A stretch of 64,000 nucleotides of DNA from Proteromonas lacertae. Lineage: Eukaryota. The stretch is from the NCBI GenBank assembly GCA_002245135.1, contig NGBS01000609.1:1-64000 (forward strand). Direction: 5' to 3'. The position numbers and the translations under genes were made by a program. Below the pieces are notes generated by a model. That model was given only the letters and a program-made list of their open reading frames with translations. It did not search any database and had not been told where the DNA came from. This document shows positions 1 through 12,238 of this stretch, one piece after another (the first letter of the stretch is position 1; every line of letters starts with the position of its first letter).

Positions 1-689
1 CTTGGTGACATTGGAGGTGTAAAGGTAGGACTTTGGCTACTTAATAAATCATCAGCAGATGTTCTTGATTCAGTATCTTTCACAATTATACCCATTGGTT
101 CATCAACAAAATCAGAATCCTTAACAATCTTTCTTTTCTTTAAATGAATTAATTCATCATCACTATCAATAACTGCTTTTGTTTTAGGTTTCTTTACAGT
201 ATCAGTTCTTCTTTTATAAACTCTTTTAGGTTTTTGAGGTACAGTTGGTGGTGGTGGTTCTTGTTGTGGTTGTTGTTGTTGTTTTAACTGAGGTTGAATA
301 AAAGGTTTAATCGGTTTTACATTTGGTTTTACTATACTCTTCATCTCATCGTCACTAAAGTATAAATTCATATACTCATTTTGATCTAATGTTTCTAGAT
401 GTTTAATGGGAATTAACTTCTGATTATCAAACTTACATGAAAAGCAATAATAAACTGCTGTAGCTGACTTCTCTAATTCGATATAGTTGAATTGTGGTGG
501 ACTTTGCTTCTTCTTTGATTTTTTGCTGTCATCATAAGCCAAACTTTGAATATACATTTCGTCGCAAAATGTCTTTAAATGCTGGATGTTACGACTCACT
601 TTCTGATAGAACTCATAAGCCTGTCCCTTTAATGGGAGCTGGGAGCATAATTCTGAATTGGTTGGTTGTTTGACTCTGTCTGCTGGCAT
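1..689 (-). CDS. Intronless hypothetical protein, runs off window start (not in ORF track)
   Basis: Hand translation from ATG at 689 (MPADRVKQPTNSELC...) stays open to position 1; Pro/Gln/Lys-rich; no introns. Confidence 0.7.
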   Translation of the reverse strand, partial: MPADRVKQPTNSELCSQLPLKGQAYEFYQKVSRNIQHLKTFCDEMYIQSLAYDDSKKSKKKQSPPQFNYIELEKSATAVYYCFSCKFDNQKLIPIKHLETLDQNEYMNLYFSDDEMKSIVKPNVKPIKPFIQPQLKQQQQPQQEPPPPTVPQKPKRVYKRRTDTVKKPKTKAVIDSDDELIHLKKRKIVKDSDFVDEPMGIIVKDTESRTSADDLLSSQSPTFTPPMSP

Positions 690-871
690 TTTTGATTGAA
701 TGATTGAATAATTAATTTTCTATTAAAGTAAAAAAATGAAAAAAATAAAATACTGAAAATGAGTAAGAAAAGTGTGAATGAAAAATAAAACGGTTTTTCT
801 TTATGTAATATTTAAGGGGTACAAAAAATAACTTTCAAAAATCAAATACGAAAAAAAGACTATATATAAAA

Positions 872-1255
872 TTAAATATTTATGATTGGTTTTTGAATTT
901 CAATCTCAGGTTTATTAATAGGAATAATTTCTATTTCTGTTTCTAATTGCTCTTCATCTTCATTATCACTAGCATTTCTAGAATTTATTCTACTATTTTC
1001 AGGTGTTAAAGTAAATGGAATAGCAGAAACAATAGTAGATTTTCTTAATGCTAATTGAACAGCAGGTTCTGGCTCAGCTAATATTTCACTTAATTCTGGA
1101 GGACAGGCTTTATGATAACACCATGCACATATTCTCTTGCATTTATAAAGAACCCATAGAACTACACAACCTAATAAAATATACAGTTCTTGTTTCAAAC
1201 CATTTAAAGTATCTTTCATATCACCTAACATAACTATAGATGTATTATATGGCAT
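872..1255 (-). CDS. Intronless hypothetical protein with one hydrophobic segment
   Basis: 127-aa ORF; LYILLGCVVLWVLY segment; co-oriented with neighbours. Confidence 0.6.
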   Translation of the reverse strand: MPYNTSIVMLGDMKDTLNGLKQELYILLGCVVLWVLYKCKRICAWCYHKACPPELSEILAEPEPAVQLALRKSTIVSAIPFTLTPENSRINSRNASDNEDEEQLETEIEIIPINKPEIEIQKPIINI

Positions 1256-1320
1256 ATTATGTGAAATTGTTTATATATAAAAACGCATAGAAATATAAAA
1301 ATGAATTTTTAAACCAAAAG

Positions 1321-1905
1321 TTAATTAATTATACAAGTAGGTGATGTAGTTAGATCTACTGTAGCTACCCCCGGGATAGAACTTGTAGGTGTTTCTACTT
1401 TAGCAATATCTACCTTTGGTCGACCCTCGGCGGTAGAACTACTCTCTACTTTACGCTTCTTATCTTCTCCACTATTATCACTTCCTTTCTTTACTTCTTC
1501 ATATCTTCTCTTCTTCTTATTTCTACACTCTGTACAAGATTTATAGAATACACCTTCACTCTTATAACCAAATTCATCATTAGCTTTCTTCTTACCACAA
1601 GTACTGCATATCTGTGAATCTGGATCTGACTTTGTTATATCCTTTCTTTTTTTAGATTTAGATTCACTTTGTTTTTCTTCCTTCACTTCTTCTTCTTCCA
1701 TTGTTATATCAATATCATCACCTGGTTGTTCACTCCATTCTGGATCATCTTCATACTCTTCAATCACAGAATACATACCATCCAGCATATCCTTAAATAC
1801 TTTAATGATTAATGATTTTACTTCAGACATATCATTCTCATACATTTCACCTTTTTGTAAGTGTTTTTCAATACTAACATCGAGTTCATTTTGTAAATCA
1901 CTCAT
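1321..1905 (-). CDS. Intronless acidic protein with CxxC...CxxC zinc ribbon
   Basis: CSTCGKKKANDEFGYKSEGVFYKSCTECRNK motif; C-terminal VDLT. Confidence 0.7.
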   Translation of the reverse strand: MSDLQNELDVSIEKHLQKGEMYENDMSEVKSLIIKVFKDMLDGMYSVIEEYEDDPEWSEQPGDDIDITMEEEEVKEEKQSESKSKKRKDITKSDPDSQICSTCGKKKANDEFGYKSEGVFYKSCTECRNKKKRRYEEVKKGSDNSGEDKKRKVESSSTAEGRPKVDIAKVETPTSSIPGVATVDLTTSPTCIIN

Positions 1906-2033
1906 TTTAATTTATGTAAATTATTTCAAAAATCGCAAGAAATTTACGAATGAAAAGAATTATGTAATATTATGTTTATTTCTATTCAACCAATCAAAAA
2001 ACAAAAATTCAATTAAAACCAATGATTTAAGAA

Positions 2034-2387
2034 TTAGTTATGAAATCTTAGTCTTTCTTCAATGATGTTTTTTTCATCAATACCATAACGCTTTAACATC
2101 TTTGTTTTTCTGCGCTCTTCTTCAGGATCAACCCATTTTCTAGGACGTATGGTTGCTTGTGCTACTCTAGTTGGTTTATGAATTGCACGCCATTCTTCAT
2201 ACTTTCTGTCATCCTCATCAGCTGTATCAGAAATATACCACATTACTACTGGAGGTGATGGCGGTGGTGGTTGAGCTACTATTCTAGCTACTTCACTTTC
2301 AATGATTGCATAGATTCTTTCAAAGTCTTCATCTTCACGCTTATTTCTATCTTCTATATTAACATTCTCGATCCAAATTCTTGACAT
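2034..2387 (-). CDS. Intronless hypothetical protein
   Basis: ATG at 2387 (MSRIWIE...), poly-Pro stretch, charged. Confidence 0.6.
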   Translation of the reverse strand: MSRIWIENVNIEDRNKREDEDFERIYAIIESEVARIVAQPPPPSPPVVMWYISDTADEDDRKYEEWRAIHKPTRVAQATIRPRKWVDPEEERRKTKMLKRYGIDEKNIIEERLRFHN

Positions 2388-2657
2388 TCTTTTGAAATTA
2401 TGATTGATAAAAAACAATAAGAAAAAGTTAAATGAAATTATATACAAAAAACAAAAGAAAAATTTTAACCCATAAAATTACTCATACACTAAAATATATA
2501 AAGAAATTTAAATTCACCGCTTGCTCCAGTATAACCCGTACCAAAAACTAATTTACACTCAAATCGCTTATTCTTACCTGTAGAAGGCACCTAAGAATAG
2601 TCTGGTACGGGTTACCCACCTACAGTGATATTCTTACGGTTATACATATATTTTAAG

Positions 2658-4448
2658 ATGGTATTAACTTATAAAAAGGAGATAATAGATAAGATAGTTA
2701 ATTTAAGCGAAATAGAACTGGATGACACTAGTTCTAAATTACTTTATAGTGAAAAATTAAATTTAGAAGGTTGCACAGCTGAAAATGGAGTAGAATATAC
2801 TTTTTCGTATAATCATTTATTTTTATTGTTTTAATAGTGGATTGAAAGAAAAATGTCAAACAGCTAATGAAGTGGATAATGTATTAACTATAATACAATC
2901 TGCTAAAACAATAACCTGTAAGAAATATACATATTCAGAAGTTGATTTCGAAACTAAATGTTATATAAAAATGAATAACGACGACAAAGACTTTTATGAA
3001 GATCGTATATTTATATAGGTAATAACTATATTATAATTTAAATAGAAAGTTTAGAAGAAATTAATATCAAATTGAATAATGTGAAAGGAGATACATATGC
3101 ACCTGCATTTGGCACAACGATAAAAAATCCTGAATTAACATTAAAGATTGAAGAGAATAAAGTTAGTACAGTTAGTTATGATTTAGACTCTTTTAGTTAT
3201 TCTACTATTAGCGCAAAAGTAGTAAATGAAGGAAAATATTTAAAAGCTATAACAGATGGTGATATATATTTCTTATGTTTAGAAAGTAGCTGTAAGTATA
3301 TATGTCAAGTAGAAGATTATGATTCTGATTGGGGCATTTACTATAATCCATGTTATAGAAAAGCAAATTTTGATAGTGAGTTTAACACTGGTTATAATAC
3401 AGTATACAAATCTGCGTTAAATTATGATCCAAGTAAAGATAATCTAAGAAGATCATTATTAGAAGAAAAAGAAGAAGAAAACAAGAAAGAAGATAAAGAA
3501 GGAAAAGGATATTACTATGAAGATTTATCTAATAGTTACAAAGGTTATTTCTTAATTGGTGATGTATTAACAATAATAGAACAAACAGGTAGCAATGCAA
3601 AACAAATAAAATTAGTATTAAAACTAACAGATAGTATGTATATATATATATATAATATAGAATCTGTGAAACTTGAAGATATTGATGATGTAAAGAATGA
3701 AGGGAATGTTGATGTAACAGCAAGTGGAATTGAACCAAGTTACAACTCTAATAGTGAAGAGAAATGTAAATCTTTTGTATCATTGAAAAATTTAATAGAA
3801 AACACACAGTGCAATGTTATGGTTGATAATTTTTTTGATTACTCAAAAAGAGAATACAATATTACTGAAAGTGAGGGGAAAAAAGTCTTAACAATTTATG
3901 ATATGAGTGATTATGAACCTCATCCAATTAATACAATTACATTTGAAGAATATGATTCAACAAAATTGAGTGATATAATTAAAACAATAACATCATACAC
4001 CAGACCAATTCCTGATAATAAATGTGTAAAAGAAAATACAACATCAAGTGAAGGTGAAGATGTAAGAATTTCATTATATAATAAGGTTTTTTACATTAAT
4101 TCAAACAAAGCTGAAGAAAAATCAAAATCAATGAAATTCAGATTTAATGGAAAAAATGATGATACATTTTATAATAATATTTATAATAATTATTTTGCTA
4201 GTATCAATGATAATCAACAATATTTGTTTGGAAATACACAATATTTCTATCACAAATATGTCGATTTTAAAGGAAAAGATTATCCTGATTGTAATGAGCA
4301 ATTGAAAAATGATGCTCTTAAGGAATTTGAAAATAGAATTAATGAAATAAGAGAAGTAGATGGAATTCAAGATGATGGAGATAATGGAAGTGTAGAATAT
4401 ATGGTAAGTATATTCTTATTATCCTTATTATTGATTATATTCATATAA
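2658..4448 (+). CDS. Putative cell-surface protein with C-terminal hydrophobic anchor (spliced, 5' end uncertain)
   Basis: Exons joined by short GT-AG introns (e.g. 2807-2837); paired Cys; ends MVSIFLLSLLLIIFI. Confidence 0.6.
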
Positions 4449-4533
4449 ATCTCAATATATCACTTTTTTAATTATTGGGTTGTCCAAAAAATATTTTTAT
4501 ACCCCATTTTTATTCGTTTTATTTTTTTATTTT

Positions 4534-7500
4534 ATGAGTAATAACAACAACAAATCAGTAATACCTTATTAATATAATATAAAATAGAATAACAAAAGAT
4601 TAAGCAACGGTGGTAGAAATGTAATATCTCCTGAGCTAAAAGTTCCTAGTTTTGAATCTGATATCGTATTTATATAAATATAGAATTATACTTATGATAA
4701 ATAGAGTAATGGAAGTGAAAAAGCTATAAAATTATTAACGCCTGACAAATTACAGATGGACAGTCTACTGGACTACAAGAGTCTTTCTCAAAAGAAACCT
4801 CCCAAATCTCATATTCAAGAAGCAATAGAAAAGCCTTATCCCTCAACCTGTCTTTTAAATCCGTTTGAACCTAAACTGGTTGGTTTAAGTGATTATTATG
4901 TTCGTTATCACGAATTACGAAGTAAAAATGATAAAAAGGATGAGCCAAATTCTGCTCGAACTAATTACATCAAAGCTGTATATTAATTATCATTAATATA
5001 ATGAAATAGTGTGATAATTATGGGATAATTCCAGAACCACTAGCAATAATACCACATCCAGATGATTTAACCACTATAAATTTAAAGAATTACAATATAG
5101 GTGATAATTATGCAACTGCTCAATCTTTAGCTTTAAAATCCAATAAAACTGCAGTAAAATTAGATATATCCAATAACCGACTAACAAGTAAAGGAATCTT
5201 ACCAATTTTAGAAGAATTACCGAATAATATAAAAGAGGTTGATTTATCTGAAAATACTCTGTCGAAAAGTACAATTGATAAATTAACCAGTATAATTGTA
5301 GCACCTTATCACGGTTTAACGTATATATATATAATTATAATATAAATAGTAAATTATATTTGAGAAATACACATTTAGCTGATAATTGGGTGATAGTATA
5401 TAAATATATATATTATTATTATTATTAATTATAGAGTTTAATGAATACTCTTAAAGACCACGAATTACTGCAATATTTAGATTTATCTTACAATGAAATA
5501 TCCAATCGTGCAGCTGAAGTTATTGGTGAATGTTTAACTCAAAATCAAGGAATTAAAGGACTTTCATTAGCATGGAATCAATTGAGAGGAAGTGGAGCTG
5601 TAGCTGTAGTTCAAGTATAATAATAATTATTATAAATAGGGGATAGTAAATAATACTCAATTAGAAGTAGTGGATTTATCCTGGAATGGATTATCACCTG
5701 TGAATAAATCAATAGAATCAGCTGTACCAAAACTTTGTGAATTATTTGAAAAGAATCCAACGATATTACATTTAGATTTATCCCATAATCATTTCAGTAA
5801 AGAAGATATAGAGAAGATGAATGAATCATTAGCTACCAATCATACATTACTTGGTTTACATATGGAAGGAGAGAATTGTATAATTGATGCACAAGGTTAT
5901 ATTCAAGCGAGAGAAGAGACTGTAATCAATCCATTGAAAGGAGCTTATTATAGTTCAAATACAAGAACAAAACCATTGTGGGATTGTAGTCCAAGTATAT
6001 ATCTATAAAACTAACATTATTTATTTATCTTTTCTTCTTCTTTCTTTTTTTGTAACTTTTTATATTCATGTTATTTGTATTTATTTTATAGAGGATTGTT
6101 ATAGAGACAATGCAGATTGTTGGATATGTGGTGGATGGAGACAATATACAATCAAGTATACACCAGGTAAAAGTGGTCCAGAAGCAGATGATGTTCGAAT
6201 TTGTTTCTCTTTTGACGCATATGTTCCAATGTCAATGGATAAAGAAGATGGTGCATTTGTAATGACAAGAATGTTTCCACCAGGTAGATCAAATTTTGTG
6301 TTTTTATTGGTGAGTAATCATGAATATAAACCAGTAATCCATGCTCAAGATTTGGATAGAGATATATTGGGAATAGAAAACAGTATTTATTTTATTAACA
6401 TATTTATAGCAATTCCTGGAGTAGAAGGAATGTCATTTAGTGTTGCTAATTTCCTTGATAATGAAGTAAGATGTGAACCTTTATTAGATTATCCATTACC
6501 ACGAAGTAGAGAAGCTGCTAAAGCACCATTACCACCTCCACCACCAAAAGAACCATGGAAATTCCAACAATCAATATTCTTTGGCTATAATCGTGATAAT
6601 GATGAATTCTTAAAGAAATGTTTTGAAGCAGATTGGAGTCATACAAAATGTGCTAAATTTATAAAAAATGAGGAAGATTTAGAAGCTACAAAATTACTAT
6701 TAAAAACGAATTATAAGAAATTGAAAGATATTTATAAGTATTATACGGTGTGGGGAGAAGGAGATCCATTTTCAATGAGATGGAATTCTTTTACTGAGTT
6801 TTGTATGAATTGTCAAATTCCTGATGATGTTACTTGTGCTTTGAAGGATTTAGATACCATATTTATAGCTACAAATGTGTTTGTTGGAGCACCAGTATAT
6901 ATATTATTAATTATTAAAATAGAGACCAAAAAGAAACAATGAAAGAGCATTTATGAGGTATGAATTCTTAGAAGCTGTTACTAGAATTGCCATATCAAAA
7001 GTATTAATTATATTATCATTATTGTTGTAGTATATTAAATCACAAACTGTCTCTACTGTACATGATGCAGTGAAATTGTTATTAGAAAAGAACTTATCAA
7101 AAGCAAAGACATTTGATGTAGATGGATGGAGATGGAAGAGATTGTACAATGAAAAATGCGATTTGGTTTATAAAGAAAATAGACAACAAATTCAATCACT
7201 GTTTGATAGATATAGTGGAAGAGAAGCATTACCAGGTGAAAAGCCATTCATGTCACTTGCAGAATATACAGAATTAATAACTCAAGCCGGCTTATTGGAT
7301 GATGGATTAGTTCAAAGAGACTTGCAATACAGTTTTGTTAGATCAGAAGCAACACCATTAGATGAAGTCACTACATTTGAAGATACTAAAATGCATTTCT
7401 TGGAGTTTATTGATGCACTTGGACAGATTGCTGAATATAAGAAGTATCCAGATTTACCACAAGTATATATAATATATATTTATTTTCAATAGGAAACAGC

Positions 7501-7864
7501 ACATTTAGCAGTAAAATTAGAAAGAGTAATTCAATCATTATTACCACTATTAGATCGTAGAAGAAGTAGTGTTACTTCAGCATCAACACAAAGACAATCT
7601 GTTATTGGTGAAAATAGTCTTGATTCAGCAAGAAGAGCTTCAATTGCTAATGCTTCGCAGAATAGAAGATCAATGATAAATTTACAACCAATCAACACAG
7701 TTACAAATTCTCCAAGAAGAAGATCTGTAGCTCTTGATAGTGGAAGAAGATCAAGCATAAAAAGAAATTCAATAGTTAATCCTGGAAGTAAACAAAGATC
7801 ATTTGTTGGAAAGAATACTATGACTGGTATAAGAGAAACAAGTCCTCCTGATAATCAAAAGTAA
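4534..7864 (+). CDS. Leucine-rich-repeat (RNI-like) protein with long C-terminal helical region, multi-exon
   Basis: LRR motifs LDLSYNEI, LSLAWNQL, DLSWNGL, LDLSHNHF across exons; many ~30-nt introns. Confidence 0.8.
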
Positions 7865-8022
7865 TTAATGAATTATAATGGAATATTAATTTATTTTATT
7901 TTATTGTTGTAAATGTATATATGTATGTTGTTTGCTGGTAATTATAAATACATCAAATCATTAGAACAACAAGAAAAGATATTAGAATTAAATTATCAAC
8001 AATATTAAATGAGAATGATCTA

Positions 8023-8459
8023 TTATTCATCACCTAAACCTTCTTTAATTGTTACTGTAACTGAATCTGTACCAAAATTCTTCTTTATAAACTCACTTTT
8101 CACTTCTTCTGTTTTAATCTCTTTCTTCTCTTTCTTTGATTTGTCATTTTTGTTGTTATTTGGAATATTTTCAAACATATAATCGTATTTTTCTAATAAT
8201 TTTTTCTTTTCTTGTTCAATCTAGTAAAGTAGTAATCTGTTACAAATACTTCTTTTCTTTGTTCTTTTAAAAATTGTTCATGTTTCTTAGCTTTCTTTGC
8301 AACATATTGCTTCTTCTTTTCTACTTTCCTTTTATGAAATCCTGTCAAATATTCTCTAAAATATAATAAGATCATCTCATACTCTCTATCTTTCGCATCA
8401 AAAGATATATATAACTTTTTATTCTTTGTAGAAGTCTTCTGTCCTCTGCTTTTCACCAT
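8023..8459 (-). CDS. NOL12: Nucleolar protein 12 / Rrp17 (Nop25) family
   Basis: ISFD...REYLTGFHKRK signature once short introns are removed. Confidence 0.85.
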
Positions 8460-8513
8460 GCAAAATATTGTTTTCAAAAAAACTATTCGTTTCACATCCT
8501 TTTTCTTTTTTCA

Positions 8514-9912
8514 ATGAGTTCTGATTTAAGACAAAGAAATAAGCAACAGCGTAACCCAAATTCTGATGTGCCATCAAATGCTGAACCAAATGCACAAGTT
8601 ATAGATAACGAGAAGAAACCATCAACCATTTGGAATAGAATTATATTTGGTGCAGCAATGGCAATACCATTTATTCTTCTTTGTATTTACGGTGGAATAT
8701 GGGGGATGATCTTTTTAATTTTTGGAATAGAAGTAAGTATTTTATTATTTATGTATAGGTTTCTATGTATTATGAGTTAACTAATGTGCGTTACAAAGAA
8801 GCTAAAGAGAGAGAAATCCCTCACTTTCGTACTCTTGCTTGGTATTCTCATCATTTTTTTAGGTTATTCTTATACATATAGGGGTTTATTATTTACAACA
8901 ATGTTCAGCGTATATGGTGAAAGATTATTGACAGTGTTTGTCTCAAAGTATCCATTTTTAGATACAATTATTCAATATCACTCGTATAAATATAGATTTG
9001 ACGATCTCTTTATATAGATTTATATATACAGTAATGTATGTCGGTTGTTTTATGCTATTCGTCCTAAGTCTAAAGAAAGGTTATTACAAATATCAGATAG
9101 GTCAGTTAGCCTGGAGTACATTATCCATAGCATTGATTGTAATTCAAGCCAAAACCGTCTTTCATAACATATTAGAAGGGAAAATATGGTTCTTTATCCC
9201 AGCAGCATTAGTAATATTAAATGATATTTGGGCATATGTTGGTGGTAGATTATTTGGTAGAAAAATATTCAATACAAATCTTATCGATGTATCTCCTAAG
9301 AAAACATGGGAAGGCTTCTATGTAGGGTTAATTATGACTGTCATTTGTGGATTATTAATTGCAACTTATGCAGCTACAGTATATAAGTTATTATTGTTGT
9401 TGTATAGTTTCGCTCTTTAGTTTGTCCATATGATAATTACAACTGCATCTTACCAAATGTGTTCATTTATAGAGATTATAAAGTATTGGGATTTAATATG
9501 AAATTTATGCCTTTTCATGTATTTATTTTAATTTATTTATTGTCATGATTAGATGCATGTTATATTTTTAGCTTTGTTTGCTTCAATTTGTGCTCCATTC
9601 GGTGGATTCTTAGCTAGTGGTATAAAAAGAGCTTATGAAGTTAAAGATTTTGGTAATGTTATTCCTGGACATGGTGGCTTGATGGATAGGTTTGATTGTC
9701 AGTTCATTATGGCAATGTACACCACAGCTCATTATAAGACATTTGTAAAGTATATTATTCTGCTTAATTAATTATATTCATATAGACCATTAACAATGGC
9801 TTCAGTTTCTGATTTATTAACGAAAATAGTTTCATTAAGCCAAGAAGATAAAATTGTTCTTTATAATCAATTCACTGAGTATTTGAATAATTCTGGTCTA
9901 TTGAACCACTAA
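8514..9912 (+). CDS. CDS1: Phosphatidate cytidylyltransferase (CDP-DAG synthase), multi-exon
   Basis: SPKKTWEGF and [29 protein letters not shown] motifs; multiple TM segments. Confidence 0.95.
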
Positions 9913-10095
9913 TAATAATAAACTTTTATTATATTTCTATAATGTTGTTTAATTTTGGCATTTTAAAGCATATCAACCGATTGGGACATTAATTTATTTA
10001 TATCTCATACTAAGTTAAATAGAAATGTGCTTTAGATTTCGAGAAAATTGATATAGCTGTTTGTTATAGTTTGAATTTTTGAATTTTTGGTTTTG

Positions 10096-11306
10096 ATGTT
10101 TTCTAAATTTCTCTTTGTATTTTTGTTATTTCATTCAGCAATCTATGGTATACACAATAATGTCATTTAAATAGCTGGCTTCTATCAATATAATCCCAAT
10201 ATTCAACAAAGATTAGAAGATGGTAGACAATGGCATAGTAAGATCGAATCGGAACAATCAGACTGTTGGAAAGTATATATTACTAAATAATTTATAGAAT
10301 GTTGCCCAAAAAATTACTTCAAGCTGTAAAAGCATGGAAGTTTTTGAACAACGAAAACTAGCAGTTCAATTTACTATCTGTCATTTAAGAGCTAGTGGTA
10401 TATTGATGTTTATCTTATATTTTAATCAGATCGTTTAATTCCAGATTTTTCTGATGATGGTAACCTTGAAGAGTATGCAAGAAAGAATCTACAAGGTGAT
10501 GCGTTTAATTCTTATACTGCATTTTTCATTCATGTTGATAACTTATGTTTTTATTTACAAAATCAAGAATGGCAATCTAATGCAGAAGTAACAATTAATC
10601 GTTTATATGATACATCTAGAATTATGTCAACACAAATGTATATATATATATAATATTACAATATAGTTCATCTGTATTAAATAACCAAGAAGCAATTTTA
10701 GAACAACAAATCAAATCATTAGAAAATGAAAAACAAATGTTAGAAAATGAAGACCAAATGATTAACAAATTAGAACATACCAAAGAATTACTTGAAAGCT
10801 TTCAAACAGATGTAAGAGAATCATTTACAGTTGTAACATCCAAAGTAAAAGAACATAATGAAGAATTAGAATCAATTTTTTCAACAATTCATAAAGCAGT
10901 AACACATATTTATAAACTACAAGTTGGAATAACGAATGATTGGTTTAAAATCAAATCATTTTTATTTTATTTAACTATGATATTTATATGTTATATAATA
11001 TCAAGCCCTATTCAAGTTATCAAATACAGACCTCATTTTTATGCTTTAATCTCAATCAACTTTATTGTTGAATTGTTTATTAGTTCAATATGTTATGAAG
11101 TTAAAAATCCTGAGTTTGTTGATGAATTGACTCATTACACTAGAATGATATTGATAACACTTTGTTTTATAGCTTTTGGATATGCAATAATCAATTATGA
11201 AGATATAACAGCAAAGAATTATAACTTGTTATTGGATATTCAAGAGAAAATTGGAAATAAGAATGATATTGAAGAGAAAAATGAAGAAGAAATTAATGAG
11301 TATTGA
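10096..11306 (+). CDS. GEX1: GEX1/Brambleberry/Kar5-family nuclear fusion protein
   Basis: Signal peptide; Cys-rich domain (DCWK...CK...KLAVQFTICHLRASG...YTAFFIHVDNLCFYLQNQEWQ); coiled coil; three C-terminal TM segments. Confidence 0.85.
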
Positions 11307-11436
11307 ATATATATATATTAAGCGTTGAATTATTTATTTTGATTATCTTATTGTTTTTTTGTTTGTGTATTTTAGAAGAAGATTTAAAATATAAGAAAAA
11401 GAATAACAACAAAGGATATTATTTATTATTTATTAT

Positions 11437-12075
11437 TTACTCTATAGATTGTTTAGATTTTCGAATATGATCTAAATAATTATAATATAAATATATTTTA
11501 TACATTTAGGCATCATATATTGTCGATATTCTCTCTGTTTTATTTTTCTAACACCACTTACATCATTTCCTTCTACTTTTTTACCCTAATTTTTCTACAT
11601 TACATATACTTTGTATACTTTTGTTGAGTCAAAGCCTTCAAATCCCAATAACATCTTCATTTGTTCTTCTGAATCAAGATCTTGCAGTTTAGGATCTTTA
11701 AAATATAGTATATAAAGAAATAATACCATCTAAACTAATTAACTGTTCTTCTTTTGGTTTAACATCTTTCAAAGATTTTGTATCTTCTTTTCTATAATTT
11801 CATAATATTCATGAATTACATACTTCTCTAAATTATTCTTTACTTTCTTATCATTATCATCAGGACTTAATGATCTATTAGATTTTCTTCTGGATCGCTT
11901 TCGTTCCATTTCTCGTATTTCACGTTCATGAGAGTAGGATCTTGACCTAGATCTTGAATGAGAGCGAGGTGACCTAGAACTTGTGTGTTTTCTATAAATA
12001 AAAGGGCAAATAGTACTTATGAGATTTTCTCCTATTTCTACTTCTGCTTCTACTTCGACTTTTTGACCTTCCCAT
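11437..12075 (-). CDS. SNRNP27: U4/U6.U5 snRNP 27 kDa protein
   Basis: N-terminal RS repeats (MGRSKSRSRSR); MKMLLGFEGFDSTK and REYRQYM motifs across short introns. Confidence 0.85.
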
Positions 12076-12238
12076 TTTATAAAAATATATTCGTTTTATA
12101 TGTAAAATTCCCCCCAAATCCCCCAATTAAAATTAATGGTTCGAAAATTCGGCAAAATATATTCATTTATTGAATTAAAAAGGAATATATAAGACAATAT
12201 CATTAATAAACATATTCATTAAATTATTAGCATCTATA

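Larger units (their letters stand above)
1..2624. mobile_element. Right end of a putative virus-like or integrase-type inserted element
   Basis: Four co-oriented intronless orphan ORFs; perfect 12-bp inverted repeat 2532-2543/2603-2614; terminus ...CCCACCTACA; intron-containing host gene begins immediately after. Confidence 0.45.
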
